A stretch of 64,000 bases of DNA from Malacoraja senta (Eukaryota): positions 4,280,001 to 4,344,000 of the forward strand of contig CM075997.1 of assembly GCA_038087875.1 (NCBI GenBank). Direction: 5' to 3'. A program made the translations under genes and the position numbers. A model generated the notes under the pieces. It did not search any database, was not told where the DNA came from, and saw only the letters and a list, made by a program, of their open reading frames with translations. Shown one piece after another: positions 62,805-64,000 of this stretch. Within the stretch, counting starts at the first letter, position 1. The number at the start of each line of letters is the position of its first letter.

Positions 62805-63150
62805 CTCAGTGACAGGCAGCATCTCTGGAGAGAAGGAATGGGTGACGTTTCGCCTCTTCAGACTGAGAGTCATGGGAGGGAGACAAGAGATATGGAAGGG
62901 TAAGGTGTGAAAAGGACAGATCAAAGGGGACACTGCTCAAGGAAATGTAGAATGGTTCATTGTTGGCTGAGGGGAAGGTGACAACGAGGCAAACAAACAG
63001 TAAATTTAATCAGGAGAGTGAAACTAGTCGGAGAACTAGGGTGGGAGAGTGACGGAGAGAGAGGGAAAGCAGGGGTTACTTGAAGTTAGAGAAGTCAATG
63101 TTCATACCGCTGGGGTGTAAGCTGCCCAAGGGAAATATGAGGTGGTGTTA
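62805..63150 (-). mobile_element. Penelope-like element 3' end
   Basis: [26 protein letters not shown] on the minus strand, a UTR like 56620-56800, and a hammerhead with stem II deleted (~62845-62862). Confidence 0.8.
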
Positions 63151-63271
63151 CATAGAAACACAGTTTGTGCAAAGACATGGGCAATGTTGATGTTACGGGG
63201 AACCCCAATTACAGACGGGGCAACATATACACCAGACTTTACCGTATATACTCACCCATCATATATCTCCC

Positions 63272-63332
63272 TGTGTGTGCGTGTGTGTCTGTGTGTGTGT
63301 CTATTTGTGTGTGTGTGTGTGTGTGTGTGTGG

Positions 63333-63373
<41 letters not shown>

Positions 63374-63458
63374 TGTGTGTGTGTCTGTGTGTGTGTGTGT
63401 GCGTGTGTCTGTGTGTGTGTGGGTCTGTGTGTGTGTGTGTGTCTGTGTGTGTGTGTGG

Positions 63459-63497
<39 letters not shown>

Positions 63498-64000
63498 TGT
63501 GTCTGTGTGTGTGTGTGTGTGTCTGTGTGTGTGTGTGTGCGTGTGTCTGTGTGTGTGTGGGTCTGTGTGTGTGTGTGGGTCTGTGTGTGTGTGTGTGTGT
63601 GTGGGTCTGTGTGTGTCTGTGTGTGTGTGGGTCTGTGTGTGTGTGTGTGTCTGTGTGTGTGTGTGGGTCTGTGTGTGTGTGTGTGTGTGTGGGTCTGTGT
63701 CTGTGTGTGTGTGTGTGTGTGTGTGGGTCTGTGTGTGTGTGTGTGTCTGTGTGTGTGTGTGGGTCTGTGTGTGTGTGTGTGTGTGTGTGGGTCTGTGTGT
63801 GTGTGTGTCTGTGTGTGTGTGTGGGTCTGTGTGTGTGTGTGTGTGTGTGGGTCTGTGTGTGTGTGTGTGTCTGTGTGTGTGTGTGGGTCTGTGTGTGTGT
63901 GTGTGTGTGTGGGTCTGTGTGTGTCTGTGTGTGTGTGTGTGTGTCTGTGTGTGTGTGTGTGCGTGTGTCTGTGTGTGTGTGGGTCTGTGTGTGTGTGTGG
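63272..64000. repeat. (TG)n microsatellite with periodic GGGTC/TC interruptions
   Basis: Direct inspection; runs off the window end. Confidence 0.97.

Overview
Eukaryotic, repeat-saturated intergenic or intronic DNA. The repeat set (HE1/V-SINE-type tRNA SINEs paired with HER1-type CR1 LINEs) points by inference to a cartilaginous fish, probably a skate or ray. No intact host gene or full-length autonomous transposon is supportable. The ORFs in the track are retroelement fragments, their antisense frames or microsatellite artefacts. Most of the window is nested, 5'-truncated mobile DNA: CR1, Rex1/Babar, L2, RTE, Ingi/Vingi-like and Penelope-like retroelements, V-SINEs, PIF/Harbinger-type MITEs and one hAT MITE. 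There are also TG microsatellites and a 200-N gap. Main observations: (1) many copies of a minimal hammerhead-ribozyme motif (CTGANGA-stem-GAAACGTH) with compensatory stem II changes, physically linked to Penelope GIY-YIG remnants; (2) four Harbinger-type MITEs with at least three different internal sequences inserted at the same TAA of the same quasi-palindromic site (GCTGGAGTAACTCAGC) inside that Penelope-derived repeat; (3) 66-bp tandem arrays phased on the 3' half of the hammerhead; (4) a local ~455-bp duplication with a STAT/AP-1/NF-kB-like motif cluster; (5) a 307-bp non-autonomous RTE element with a structured 5' end; (6) a weak candidate minus-strand coding exon at the left edge. All calls were made by eye, and most element boundaries are approximate unless a TSD is given.
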